Source: a candidate division WOR-3 bacterium | GTDB lineage: Bacteria; Hydrothermota; Hydrothermia; WGAB01 | NCBI GenBank assembly: GCA_015490555.1 | Contig: WFXO01000070.1 | Span: forward strand, 6,606-70,605 | Length of the DNA: 64,000 nt | Reading direction: 5' to 3' | Notes under the pieces: model-generated | What the model was told of the DNA's origin: nothing | Seen by the model: only the letters and a program-made list of their open reading frames with translations | The model's database searches: none | Program-made: the position numbers and the translations under genes | Shown: positions 19,713 through 29,769 of the stretch, piece after piece | How the letters are laid out: the number at the start of each line of letters is the position of its first letter | Position numbering within the stretch: position 1 is the stretch's first letter

Positions 19713-20447
19713 TCACCTCCCTTCCTTGACATAGATCACATGGACGCCATGGACATCTTGGGGGACCACAATCGTCTTTCGACTGCCTCGAACCACACCC
19801 TGGCCTCGAATGTTGTAGAGTTTGAGGGATCCGGAACGCGCGGTAGCACGAAGAACGCCCTCTAGGTCTTCCAAAATCGCATGAAGATAATCACTGGCCA
19901 ACTCAAAGGACCCCTGGTAATGTCGGACCTGAAGCCAGCCATTCAACGTGACTTTCATGGGGCCCTCAAAGGATTCGATCTGGAAGGAAGAAAGCCGCCC
20001 GGTGAGATCCACGATGCCAGACGACTCTTGGATGGTAAGGTCCCCCAGTTCGTCGGTCCCCTCGATCACCCCTTGGCCACGGATGATCGCAACCTGGTTG
20101 CCACGACCCCCAAGGGTCAGTGTCCCCCGAAAATCCAGGATCCGGATCTGGGAAAAGTCTGTCTGAACCGTCACCTGACCGGTCAGGTTCTGGAGGGAGA
20201 TTCCATTCCCGGTCCCCTCGAGTCGAATCTCGAGGGATTCCGGGACTTCCAGGGTCCCTTGCTGGTTTTGGGCCGTGAGCAAATAGACGCCGGGCTTGCG
20301 GACTTCCAGTTGCACGTTCCCTGCAATCACCTTCGGCTCCGACCGTTCCGTTTGACCATGGACCTCCAGGATCAACCCTTGCCCGTTCACCACCAGTTGA
20401 GGAGGTGTCATGACGAGGAACGAAAGCCAAAGACTCCACATGCTCAT
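19713..20447 (-). CDS. Secreted beta-strand repeat protein (DUF4097-like putative adhesin) in an ECF sigma module
   Basis: Repetitive 'G..(I/V)(T/E)..T..G.I.I' strands. Start set at ATG 20447 (GGAGGTG RBS, signal peptide MSMWSLWLSFLV); the ORF track extends to 20519. Confidence 0.45.
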   Translation of the reverse strand: MSMWSLWLSFLVMTPPQLVVNGQGLILEVHGQTERSEPKVIAGNVQLEVRKPGVYLLTAQNQQGTLEVPESLEIRLEGTGNGISLQNLTGQVTVQTDFSQIRILDFRGTLTLGGRGNQVAIIRGQGVIEGTDELGDLTIQESSGIVDLTGRLSSFQIESFEGPMKVTLNGWLQVRHYQGSFELASDYLHAILEDLEGVLRATARSGSLKLYNIRGQGVVRGSRKTIVVPQDVHGVHVIYVKEGR

Positions 20448-20452
20448 CCCGT

Positions 20453-20869
20453 TCACCTCCACACCCCGGCAGATGTCAGCCGGGTCCATGCCTGAGCCTT
20501 CTGTTGGATGGAGGCCCACCGCGATCGGATCACCGTGTTCTGAGGAAATTGCTTCTGCATGAGTTCCAGTTCGTGTAGGGCGGTCTCGACGACCTGTCGG
20601 TCACGCTGAAGACTCGGGGGAGAAGGTCGGGATTCGACTTCTGCCCATTCAGCGGTCTGCGGGTTCGGCGTTTCCACACGGCTTGACCATGGTCCAAAAC
20701 TTATGATTCCGTAGATCAACACCGCGATCACGATCCCCCCCAAGCCACCCTGTCGGATCCGGCGCCACCGTTCATGTCGCCGAATCCGGCGGACGACGCC
20801 GTCCCATGCCTCCGGAGGGGGTACCTCCAGAAAGTCCTCCCGATTTTTGAAGGGTTCCACGGTTCTCAC
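20453..20869 (-). CDS. Putative anti-sigma factor (single TM helix)
   Basis: 138-aa ORF directly downstream of the ECF sigma gene, overlapping it by 4 nt. It has a central hydrophobic helix 'GGIVIAVLIYGIISF'. The call rests on position. Confidence 0.45.
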   Translation of the reverse strand: MRTVEPFKNREDFLEVPPPEAWDGVVRRIRRHERWRRIRQGGLGGIVIAVLIYGIISFGPWSSRVETPNPQTAEWAEVESRPSPPSLQRDRQVVETALHELELMQKQFPQNTVIRSRWASIQQKAQAWTRLTSAGVWR

Positions 20870-21381
20870 CTCCGTGATTCAGAATTCGAGTTTTTCATCA
20901 ATTTCCTGAGCCGGGCCAAGGCCCGGTGATACTGGGACTTTGAGGTGCCGACCGAAATTTGCAACGTCTGGGCAATCTCTGCATGGCTCATCCCTTCAAC
21001 GATGCGAAGCCAGAGGATCGCCCGTTGGCCGGCGGGCAACTGGTCCAGGAGCCGTTGCCATCGCCCATCCAGGACGCCGGGCTCTCCCTCAATGTGGGGG
21101 TCTTCGTACGCCCATGTCTCACCCGGCAGGTCCTCCATAAAGACCTGCCCTCGCCTCTTCCGAAACAGGCTGACGGCCAGGTTGGACGCCACGCGGTAGA
21201 GCCACGCCCGGAGATGGGCGGTGTGCGTCAACCGCTTCCCATATTTCCAGAGCCGAAAGAAGGTCTCTTGCGTCAATTCCATGGCATCCTCTTGGTTCCC
21301 CATGGTCCGCAAGAGGTACGTGTAAATCGCCGCCGCATGCTTTCGGTAGACTTCTTCAAACTCCTCGAGTGTCATGACCAA
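20866..21381 (-). CDS. ECF-subfamily RNA polymerase sigma-70 factor
   Basis: Sigma-70 region 2 'ELTQETFFRLWKY' and region 4 'HAEIAQTLQISVGTSKSQYHRALARLR'. Confidence 0.8.
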   Translation of the reverse strand: MVMTLEEFEEVYRKHAAAIYTYLLRTMGNQEDAMELTQETFFRLWKYGKRLTHTAHLRAWLYRVASNLAVSLFRKRRGQVFMEDLPGETWAYEDPHIEGEPGVLDGRWQRLLDQLPAGQRAILWLRIVEGMSHAEIAQTLQISVGTSKSQYHRALARLRKLMKNSNSESRR

Positions 21382-21618
21382 TTCCCATGGGATTGAAGCC
21401 CGTCCATCGTGCCGGCCGGCGTCCGCCGTCCTTCATAAAGTTATAACGCATGACCCCTCCAAAGGGTTGCAGGCAGGTCCGACTCCCTCGGAAATATTTC
21501 CTCACAGTGTCGCCATCTTTATGATTCGGGACACACTTTCAATGGAGCATGGAAGTTGACATTGGTGACCCCCTGGAATTAAACTTTTTGAACAATTTGG
21601 TCGAAAGGTCGAATCGTC

Positions 21619-22209
21619 ATGGGAAGAGCAGATGAAATCATCGGTGTGGCCAAAGGGCTCATCGCCCGGTTCGGGTTCCGGAAGACAACCATGGAAGATA
21701 TCGCCCGAGCCGCTCGAATCGCCAAGGCCACCCTCTATCACTACTTTGCGTCGAAGGAGGAGATCCTGCGGGAGATCATTCACCGGGAGGGCAACGCCCT
21801 GCGGGAGAAACTCCAGCAGGCCCTGAGCCAAGGGCGCACCCCGGAAGAAAAACTCACCCTCTATGCCCGGACCCGGTTCCGGACCCTGCACGACCTCGCC
21901 CTCTACTACAAGGCCATGTCTGAGGAGTTTTATAGCCACATGCCCTTCGTGGAGCGAGAAAGAAAAGAATTTGATCAGTTCGAACTGGACACTCTGGAAC
22001 AGTTGCTCCGCGAGGGCGTGGAACGCGGCGAATTCGACATCCCGGATCCCCGCCTTTATGCCTTCCTACTGCTGCAGGCGATGAAAGGGCTGGAATACCC
22101 CTTGGCTACCGGGACCGCTCTCCACATGGACGACCAAGAACTGGATCTGGACGAAGCCCTGAATTTGCTCCTCAATATCCTCCTCAACGGCATCCGCAAA
22201 CGGCCATGA
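21619..22209 (+). CDS. TetR/AcrR-family transcriptional regulator
   Basis: N-terminal HTH 'GFRKTTMEDIARAARIAKATLYHYFASKEEIL'. Confidence 0.8.
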   Translation: MGRADEIIGVAKGLIARFGFRKTTMEDIARAARIAKATLYHYFASKEEILREIIHREGNALREKLQQALSQGRTPEEKLTLYARTRFRTLHDLALYYKAMSEEFYSHMPFVERERKEFDQFELDTLEQLLREGVERGEFDIPDPRLYAFLLLQAMKGLEYPLATGTALHMDDQELDLDEALNLLLNILLNGIRKRP

Positions 22210-22284
22210 ACCCAAAATTTTTTGAGCAGGACCGACTAAAAAACGATTTTGGTCGGTTAGTATGAACCGATCGGAGGAGGCACC

Positions 22285-25155
22285 ATGCAACGCCTGGCAT
22301 CGTGGATCCTGAAACGGGCACGGGGGATGCTGGTTGCGGTGGGCGTGCTGACTGTGATCCTCGCCTTGGGCATCCCCCGACTCCGGGTGGAATCCGATGT
22401 CATCAAGTGGCTGGATCCCAAGGATCCGGTGGTCCAGGTGTTTGACTACATCGGCCGGCACTACGGCGGCACCCAGATGGCCCTCGTGGCCGTGGAGAGC
22501 GACAGCCTGTTCACGCCCCAGGGGCTCCGGTTCCTGCGCGACCTCACCGAAACCTACCGCACCCCGCCCGGGGTTTCCAGCGTCACCAGCCTGACCCACA
22601 TCTTGGACATCCGCAAAACCGACGAGGGCCTGGAGGTGACCCAACTGCTGGATCCCCACCACCTCCCCACGGACCGCCACCAGATCGCCCGGCTCAAGGC
22701 CTATGTGCTGAGCCGCGACCTGTACCGGGGCAAACTCGTGTCCGCGGACGGCCGCATCGCCCTGGTATTGGCCCGGCTCCAGGAGGACGCCGACAAGCAG
22801 GCCCTGGCCCGCACCCTCCGCGACACCACCGAGGCCCTCGCCCGCCGGGCCGCCCTTCCCCTGCGGCTCTACTACGGCGGTATCCCCCTGCAGATGCTGG
22901 AAGTTTCGGACATGGTGCTCTCGGACCTCCGCAAACTCCTGCCCATCGTGGCCCTGGTGGTTATAGGGATCCTGTTTCTGGGGTTCCACACCCTCCGGGG
23001 CGTGATCCTACCCCTGGTGGTGGTTCTGGTAGCCACCCTGTGGACCCTGGGCCTGATGGGCTGGCTGGGGGTGCCCCTTTCCCTGATCTCTAATGTCACG
23101 CCCGTGGTGCTGATCGCTGTGGGCACGGCCTACGGCATCCACTTCATCGCCCGGTACCGCGAAGAGGTGAACAAGGGCCATCCCAGAGAAACGGCTCTCC
23201 AGGAGGCATTCCACGAGGTGGGCGTGCCCATCCTGCTGGCCGGCCTCACCACCCTGGCCGGGTTCCTCTCCTTTCTGGGGTCTTACCTGGTGCCCATCAA
23301 CCACTTCGGCCTGTTCACGGCGTTGGGCGTGGCCTTTGCCATGCTCCTCTCCCTCAGCCTGATCCCGGGCCTTCTGGCCCTGTTGCCCAAACCCTCGGCC
23401 CGGTTCCGCTCGCTGGAGGCCGGGGCCCGGTGGTTCCGCCGAACCTTAGAACCGGCGGAACACTGGATCCTGCGCCATCCCCGCGGCGTGCTCCTTTCGG
23501 CCGCGCTGGTGGTGGCCTTCGCCCTCTATGGCCTCACCCGCATCACCACCTCGGTGAACATGACCGAGTACTTCCCCGAAAACAGCGACATCCGGAAGTC
23601 CTCCGCGGTGCTGCGCCGCCACTTCGGGGGCGACCTGCCGGTGCAGTTCCTGGTGACCGCCGACCTGAAGAACCCCTTCGTGCTCCGGGAGATTTACCGG
23701 TTTGAAAAGTTCCTGCGCACTGTGCCCGGCGTGCACAATCCCCAGTCGCTGGCCGACCTCATCGCCGAGATGAACGAAACCATGAATGGCCGCCGCACAG
23801 TGCCGGAAACGCCCGAGGGCGTGGCGAACCTCCTCTTCATGCTGGAAGGCCAGGACCTTTTGCCGCAACTGGTCCGTACCAACGACTACGCCGAGGGCGT
23901 GATCCAGGCCCGGTTCTCCGAGGTGTCCACCGACCGGATCCTGCAGGCCTACGACACCGTGGAACACTACCTGCAGCAAACTCTGGCCGATTCCTTGGTG
24001 GTGCTCTCCCTTCGCCCCGATCTGCTCCCGGCGATCCGGCGACGCATCGCCCGGCGCGTGGCCCAAGAAATTCTCTGGGACCTCCATTACTACGGGACCT
24101 CCGATACCCTGCCGGGCCTGGCCGACTCGCTGACGGCCTGGCAGTTCCGGCCGGTGTCCCTCTCCCCGAGCGAACGTCGGGCCCTGGAGCACCGCCTGGA
24201 AACCTACTTCGTGGAGGAAGCGGATGTGGTGCTGCCCCTTCCTACCGCCCGCCGCCTGGCCCGGGGCATCGCCAAAACCGTGGCTGCAGGCGCCCTGGAC
24301 ACCCTGGCGATCCGGCGCCTTTTAAAGCGGTTCCTGCCGCCCGCCGAACTCCGGGCCGACCCGGAACTGTTGCCCTACACCCTGGAAACGGTGGTCAGCA
24401 TGACGGCGGAGGCGCTCCGCAATGCCCGGGTGAACACCTGGCTGCAGCGGATCCTGGCCGCCCTGCCCGACTCCTTGCAGGCCAACGCCAGCCTCCAGAA
24501 GGACCTCAAGGGCGACCTCTGGACCCTGGTGCAGCAGCAGGTGGCGCTGCCGGCGCGGGAGGTTTCCTCCTACGCCGGCGCCCCGCTCCCACTCCGGATC
24601 CAGCACGCCGGGCTCCTGCCCGTTTACACCAAAATCCACCGCAACCTGATCCGCAGCCAGATCCGCAGTTTCATCCTGGCCTTTGTGATCGTGGCCGTGC
24701 TGGTGGCCCTGCAGCTGCGGTCGCCGGGCGCCGGCATCCTGGGCACCCTGCCCATTCTGCTCGTGGTGGCCTTCAACTTCGGCCTCATGGGCGTTCTGGG
24801 GATCCCGCTGGACAACGCCACCGTGCTCATTGCCTCCATCGCCATCGGGATCGGTATTGACTACACGATCCACATGATCTCCCGGTTCCGGTTTGAACGG
24901 GAAGACCACGCCGACACCCGGGAGGCCCTGGCCACCGCCGTACGCACCACGGGCCGGGCCATCCTGCTGAACGCGGCCACCGTGGGCCTGGGGTTCCTGG
25001 TGCTGGTGTTCGCCGCGCTGGAGCCCCTGCGGCGGTTCGGCTGGATGGTGGCGCTCACTATGGCCACCAGCGCCCTGGCCGCCCTGCTTTTCCTGCCCGC
25101 CGTCATCTTGACCTTTGAAGGCGTTTTCAAACCCAAGGAGGTGCAAAAGCCATGA
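22285..25155 (+). CDS. RND-superfamily MMPL-type exporter (COG1033, HpnN-like)
   Basis: 956 aa with two 6-TM bundles, each followed by a large loop: the typical MMPL/RND topology. It sits downstream of the TetR gene and upstream of the LolA-like gene. Confidence 0.8.
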   Translation: MQRLASWILKRARGMLVAVGVLTVILALGIPRLRVESDVIKWLDPKDPVVQVFDYIGRHYGGTQMALVAVESDSLFTPQGLRFLRDLTETYRTPPGVSSVTSLTHILDIRKTDEGLEVTQLLDPHHLPTDRHQIARLKAYVLSRDLYRGKLVSADGRIALVLARLQEDADKQALARTLRDTTEALARRAALPLRLYYGGIPLQMLEVSDMVLSDLRKLLPIVALVVIGILFLGFHTLRGVILPLVVVLVATLWTLGLMGWLGVPLSLISNVTPVVLIAVGTAYGIHFIARYREEVNKGHPRETALQEAFHEVGVPILLAGLTTLAGFLSFLGSYLVPINHFGLFTALGVAFAMLLSLSLIPGLLALLPKPSARFRSLEAGARWFRRTLEPAEHWILRHPRGVLLSAALVVAFALYGLTRITTSVNMTEYFPENSDIRKSSAVLRRHFGGDLPVQFLVTADLKNPFVLREIYRFEKFLRTVPGVHNPQSLADLIAEMNETMNGRRTVPETPEGVANLLFMLEGQDLLPQLVRTNDYAEGVIQARFSEVSTDRILQAYDTVEHYLQQTLADSLVVLSLRPDLLPAIRRRIARRVAQEILWDLHYYGTSDTLPGLADSLTAWQFRPVSLSPSERRALEHRLETYFVEEADVVLPLPTARRLARGIAKTVAAGALDTLAIRRLLKRFLPPAELRADPELLPYTLETVVSMTAEALRNARVNTWLQRILAALPDSLQANASLQKDLKGDLWTLVQQQVALPAREVSSYAGAPLPLRIQHAGLLPVYTKIHRNLIRSQIRSFILAFVIVAVLVALQLRSPGAGILGTLPILLVVAFNFGLMGVLGIPLDNATVLIASIAIGIGIDYTIHMISRFRFEREDHADTREALATAVRTTGRAILLNAATVGLGFLVLVFAALEPLRRFGWMVALTMATSALAALLFLPAVILTFEGVFKPKEVQKP

Positions 25156-25892
25156 AACGGTGGTTCCTGGGCTATGCCCTGATGATGGCGATCTCGGTGC
25201 CGGTCCATGCCGGGCTCACCGCCCAGGAGATCCTGGCAAAGGTGGACAGCGTGATGAACGCACCCCGCGACCGCCGGGTGCGGATGAAGATGGTCCTCAT
25301 TGACGATGCCGGCCACGAGAAGGTGCGGGTTGCCGAATCGTACCAGAAGGGCGACGACCACCGGCTCATCCGGTTTCTGGAGCCCGCCGACCAGCGCGGG
25401 ATCGCCTTCCTCAGCCTGCCCAACGATGTGATGTATGTCTACTTCCCGGCCTTCAAAAAGGTGCGGCGGATCGCCGCCCATGTGAAGAACCAGACCTTCG
25501 CCGGCACCGACTTCACCTACGACGACCTCAGCACCTTCAAGTACTCCGAGGAATACAATCCCCAACTTTTGGCGGAAACCGACACAGCCTATGTGCTCAA
25601 ACTCACGCCCAAGCCCGGCTCCGACAAGGACTACGCCTACCTGAAGATGTGGGTGGACAAGAAAACCTTTCATCCCCTGCGCACCGAGTTCTACGACCCC
25701 TCGGGCAACCTGTGGAAGGTAATGACCTTCCGGAACATCACCCAAATCCAGGGCTACTGGGTGGCAAAGGAAATGGAAATGCAGGACCTCAAGCGACAGC
25801 ACACCACCCACATGATCCTGGAGGACATTCAGGTGGACACCGGCATTCCTGACAAGGTGTTCACCAAACGGTACCTCCGACGGGGCGTGTAG
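25152..25892 (+). CDS. Outer-membrane lipoprotein-sorting (LolA-like) protein
   Basis: 246 aa with a signal peptide. I recall 'FLEPADQRGIAFLS...MYVYFPAFKKVRRIAAH' as the LolA-like family that accompanies MMPL exporters. 4-nt overlap with the MMPL gene. Confidence 0.65.
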   Translation: MKRWFLGYALMMAISVPVHAGLTAQEILAKVDSVMNAPRDRRVRMKMVLIDDAGHEKVRVAESYQKGDDHRLIRFLEPADQRGIAFLSLPNDVMYVYFPAFKKVRRIAAHVKNQTFAGTDFTYDDLSTFKYSEEYNPQLLAETDTAYVLKLTPKPGSDKDYAYLKMWVDKKTFHPLRTEFYDPSGNLWKVMTFRNITQIQGYWVAKEMEMQDLKRQHTTHMILEDIQVDTGIPDKVFTKRYLRRGV

Positions 25893-25914
25893 GCTTGAAA
25901 AGGGAGGTTCAGCC

Positions 25915-27255
25915 ATGAGATCGTTGAAAACCCTGCTCTATGTGGCCCTGCTGTCCATGCCGTTGGCCGCCCAGGTGCATCTGGGCGGCGACCTGGAAAC
26001 CTACAACCGCTACTGGGTGCACGCCGATTCCGGCCGCTGGACCTGGAACGAGAACCGGCTCCAGCTGCAGCTGGAGGCAAATCCGGCTGAAAACCTGCAT
26101 CTTTACGGCGAGTTTCGGCTGCGGGCCCTGGGATTCCCTCGGGTCACCGGCCCTTCGGACCTGCAGCGGCAGCAAAAGGACCGGGTGTATCCGTGGGCTC
26201 TGGAGATCCGCGAGGCCTATGCCGACCTCTACGACTTCCTGGTGCCCGGCCTGGACCTTCGCCTGGGCCGGCAGGTGATCGCCTGGGGCACGGCCGACAA
26301 GATCAACCCCACCTCCAACCTGTCGCCCTACGACTACGAGGACTTCTTTGACTTCGGGGCGAAACTGGGCGTGAACGCCCTCCGGGCGATTTACACGCGC
26401 GATCCGTGGTCTTTGGAGGTGGATGTGGTGCCCGTGTTCACCCCGGCCACGCTGCCGCCCGCCGAATGGTCGGGCGCGATGATGCCCCTGGCCCCCTCGC
26501 AGTTGCCGCCGCTCACGGTGCTCCGCAGCACCCACTTTGCCGTGGCCACGCCTGAGCCCAACGCGGAAAACACCCAGGTGGGCGTGAAACTCGGCACCAC
26601 ACTTGCCGATTGGGACCTCTCGGTGTCCTACTATCGGGGCTTTGACGGATTGCCCCTGGCGGATACGATCCGGTTTGTCCCGGTGGATACCACCCTGCTC
26701 AGCGATCTGGAAGCCCACCTGGTGTATCCCCGGATCCAGGTCTTTGGCGCCGACCTCGCCGGCTCGTTCCGGTCCGTCGGGCTCTGGGCCGAGGGTGCCC
26801 TCGTGGTGCCGGAGACCTTTGTCCAGGTGATCTATCCCGCCTGGCAGCCTCTCTTAGTGAAGGACACGCTCCTGGAGACCCCCTACCTCAAGTTCGTGCT
26901 CGGCGGCGATTACACCTTCAAGAACGGCCTCTATGTGAACGCCCAGTACATCCACGGGTTCCTGCACGAGCGCGGGCCCGACAGCCTGCGGGACTACTTC
27001 GTGGTGCGCCTGGAAAAGCGTTTCCACAACGACGAGGTGACGCTCGCGCCCCTGACCTTTGCGGCGGAGGTTGCGGACTGGGATGCGCCCGGCGATCACT
27101 ACGGCTATGCGTGGATCCCGGAACTCAAGTACGCGCCCACCGACAACCTGGAGATTCGGCTCGGCGCCTTTGTGCTGGACGGCAAGCCGGGCACCCTCTT
27201 CGGCCGCATGAAAACCCACGACGAGGTCTTCCTTCGCATCAAAGTGAGTTTCTGA
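25915..27255 (+). CDS. Putative outer-membrane beta-barrel protein of the MMPL/LolA-like module
   Basis: Signal peptide 'MRSLKTLLYVALLSMPLAAQ'. Alternating amphipathic beta pattern and a terminal aromatic 'KVSF'. RBS AGGGAGG. Confidence 0.5.
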   Translation: MRSLKTLLYVALLSMPLAAQVHLGGDLETYNRYWVHADSGRWTWNENRLQLQLEANPAENLHLYGEFRLRALGFPRVTGPSDLQRQQKDRVYPWALEIREAYADLYDFLVPGLDLRLGRQVIAWGTADKINPTSNLSPYDYEDFFDFGAKLGVNALRAIYTRDPWSLEVDVVPVFTPATLPPAEWSGAMMPLAPSQLPPLTVLRSTHFAVATPEPNAENTQVGVKLGTTLADWDLSVSYYRGFDGLPLADTIRFVPVDTTLLSDLEAHLVYPRIQVFGADLAGSFRSVGLWAEGALVVPETFVQVIYPAWQPLLVKDTLLETPYLKFVLGGDYTFKNGLYVNAQYIHGFLHERGPDSLRDYFVVRLEKRFHNDEVTLAPLTFAAEVADWDAPGDHYGYAWIPELKYAPTDNLEIRLGAFVLDGKPGTLFGRMKTHDEVFLRIKVSF

Positions 27256-27387
27256 AGAGACTCATAGGGGGAACGTATGGGCTCCAATTGCACCCTGCGT
27301 TCCCCCTCCATCAGAAGCCTTTTTGTTGATCCCTGCCCCGAAGGGGCCTCGCGGGGCTCTCAAACAAAACAGACGGACGTGCTGTCT

Positions 27388-29769
27388 TCAGTAAACGGAG
27401 AGTTTAGAGAGAACTCGGGCATGCCCAATCTGGAGAATCAGGAAGTACACTCCTTTCGGCATGTGCCGCGGCATCTCTCGGACAATCTCATAGCGCCCTG
27501 GGTCCATGGTGCGATTCAGCATCGTAGCAACTTTGCGGCCTGTGACATCATAGATCTGGGCCAGGACCCGCGTTTTCTGGTTTACCTGGAACTGCAGCCG
27601 AATTTCTCCGGGGATGATCTGAATGTATGGCGTTTGCGGAAGGGACCGTCCCTGCTCCGTGGCCCCGGTGGCACTCGGGGGGCCTAAGGTCCACTCGGAG
27701 AGGTCTGTCAACTGCGACTGGTAGGCCCAGTTGTAGAGTGTATCGAGGGACTCGACATTTATGAGGCTCCAGGGGACGCTGGAGGACGGGCGTCTCCAGA
27801 GTTGCAGATCCGCCTCATCGAGGCCAGGTGGAACATCGGCGTTTTGATAAAAGAAAGTCAACGCGACGCTGTCAAAGGTGCCCGAAAACCCCAGCCGCCA
27901 CCATCGCTCAATCGTTCCCAGGATCCCGTTGGGTGGTGATGCGTGTACCACTGCCATCATCTGTGGCGGGTTCCCCTGACCTGACGGATTTTTGAATCGA
28001 GCCACCACACTCCGTTGTCCATTCGCATCATATTGGATAACTGAGGCGATCCCGTTTCCCAACTCGGCCCATCCGCTATCTCCCTGGATGACCGCCAGGG
28101 AGTCGTATTCAACGATCAGCGAATCCAGGGTCGGGGTCTGCAGGGAATCGTTGGAAACAAAGAAGGCCCGGACCTGAAACCATCGGTCCCCGTCGTGAAA
28201 AGGAGAAAAGGGCTGTCCTGAGGTGGTGAAATAGGTGCCTGGCCCCTGGGGGCCACACCAAGGGGCGTTCTGCAGGGCGACCTGCGTGCTTCCACTCCGA
28301 AATTGCATCCGAAGGGAGGTCCCGGTGGGGACCGAACCGGCCCATCTTAGACGCAGGAAATCCACCGGATATCCCAGGTCCTGAGGGGCCGTGACATATG
28401 TGCCCGTGTCCTGGATCACATACCGCCGGCTCCAGCCACCCTGACTGAGATCAAAGAACATGAAGTCGTCCATCTGGCAGTCGATCGAATCTGTGGGGTC
28501 ATTGTCCGCATCTAACACCGCCACATAAGGGTAGTAGTCCGTCATGGAGAAGTTTTCCACCCGCCCCACCATCTTTCCATCAATCCAGGCCTCGAACCTC
28601 TGTGCGGGGGCGTCATAAAGGAGGCGCCATGTATAGAAGCGGTTCATTGACAAGAAGTTGTATGTGCCGATCTGGGTGGAATACCAGGCGGTGCCGTCAT
28701 AGTATTCAACATTGTAATAGCCACTGTTGTTCGCGGTCCGGTGTGTCTCCAAAACCAGATATTTGCCGGAGTTTGGACTGTAAAAGCCGAAGACCAACTT
28801 TTGTCCGTCCTCATTTTCCATGTACAGATGTCGCATCCGGGCAGCCGCTTCGCACGAGGCCGTGTGGACCGTATCCCCCTCTCGATCAATCGAAGAGTAC
28901 AGCGTATTGCTGGCGTCATAACCCCAAAATCGGATCTGTTGGCCTTGCTCGGCGACTTGGTAGATATTTTCATAGACGCGCCACTTGGAGAGATCCACCG
29001 AATTGTCGTTGAAGTTATCGTCGATGAACGGTGCTGCCCAGATCGCATCAAAGTACGCCCCACAGGTTGCGTTGAGTGCTGTCGCCTCAACAGACAAGAG
29101 GATTTTCACTTTCGCGACATCGGACCAGGTATAGCCCGGCAGGAGTTCTTCCTCGATGTCGGACTTAAGGTCAAAGCGGTAGATGTTCCAACGATCTCGA
29201 ACCGTTTGGGCCCGCCAGTCGTGGGGGGTAGACACATATTCGCCATCCAGCAAATAGGTGATCCAATTGCCCTGAATCAAGGAGTTGTCGTTCTGATCAT
29301 AGGCGAAGACATGAACCACGATGTAGATGCTCCCGGAGATCTCGGAACTCAGGGGATAGACTTCGACATTGAATCGGCGCAAAAAATCCAAGCCTTGAGT
29401 GATGGTTTGGGAGAGTCGCGTCCGGGTCGTTTGTGTGCCGTAAGCAGTATAGAGGTGAAGGACGTGGGATCGCCCGCCACCACTAACCACTTCCACGGTA
29501 TGGGACCCATCTCCATCGCTCTCTATGGTCCAACCTCCCAGGGCATTGTCTTGCTCATCAAAGGAACCGTTGTAGATGGGAAGGGGAAGGCTCACATAGC
29601 CATCGTCTTCCCCGCTGGGCCAGGTTACCTGGAGGTGGTTCAATGTCCCGGTCTGGAACTGTGCCTTGGTATGCTGGACCCAGGCTCGTGCAAATCCCCC
29701 TGTGAGGAGAATGAACAAGAAAGCCCCTCCGGAGCCTATCCAGGCCCCGTATCGCTTCAACCACACCAT
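27388..29769 (-). CDS. Large secreted protein with T9SS C-terminal sorting domain
   Basis: Start set at ATG 29769 (signal peptide 'MVWLKRYGAWIGSGGAFLFILLTGGFARA', GGAGG RBS); the track begins at 29805. C-terminus '...AQIYDVTGRKVATML...GVYFLILQIGHARVLSKLSVY' is a T9SS CTD. Confidence 0.55.
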   Translation of the reverse strand: MVWLKRYGAWIGSGGAFLFILLTGGFARAWVQHTKAQFQTGTLNHLQVTWPSGEDDGYVSLPLPIYNGSFDEQDNALGGWTIESDGDGSHTVEVVSGGGRSHVLHLYTAYGTQTTRTRLSQTITQGLDFLRRFNVEVYPLSSEISGSIYIVVHVFAYDQNDNSLIQGNWITYLLDGEYVSTPHDWRAQTVRDRWNIYRFDLKSDIEEELLPGYTWSDVAKVKILLSVEATALNATCGAYFDAIWAAPFIDDNFNDNSVDLSKWRVYENIYQVAEQGQQIRFWGYDASNTLYSSIDREGDTVHTASCEAAARMRHLYMENEDGQKLVFGFYSPNSGKYLVLETHRTANNSGYYNVEYYDGTAWYSTQIGTYNFLSMNRFYTWRLLYDAPAQRFEAWIDGKMVGRVENFSMTDYYPYVAVLDADNDPTDSIDCQMDDFMFFDLSQGGWSRRYVIQDTGTYVTAPQDLGYPVDFLRLRWAGSVPTGTSLRMQFRSGSTQVALQNAPWCGPQGPGTYFTTSGQPFSPFHDGDRWFQVRAFFVSNDSLQTPTLDSLIVEYDSLAVIQGDSGWAELGNGIASVIQYDANGQRSVVARFKNPSGQGNPPQMMAVVHASPPNGILGTIERWWRLGFSGTFDSVALTFFYQNADVPPGLDEADLQLWRRPSSSVPWSLINVESLDTLYNWAYQSQLTDLSEWTLGPPSATGATEQGRSLPQTPYIQIIPGEIRLQFQVNQKTRVLAQIYDVTGRKVATMLNRTMDPGRYEIVREMPRHMPKGVYFLILQIGHARVLSKLSVY

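Noticed and set aside
24861-26718. Two long minus-strand ORFs (351 aa and 269 aa)
   Set aside because: They are antisense to the MMPL/LolA-like/OMP genes, which have coherent membrane topology, signal peptides and RBSs. The antisense frames are His/Gly/Arg-rich.
27335-27347. GCCCCGAAGGGGC hairpin between convergent genes, considered as a bidirectional terminator
   Set aside because: It is a perfect 5-bp stem with a GAA loop but has no flanking U-tract on either strand, so the intrinsic-terminator call is weak. It could equally be a REP-like element, so it was not listed as a feature.
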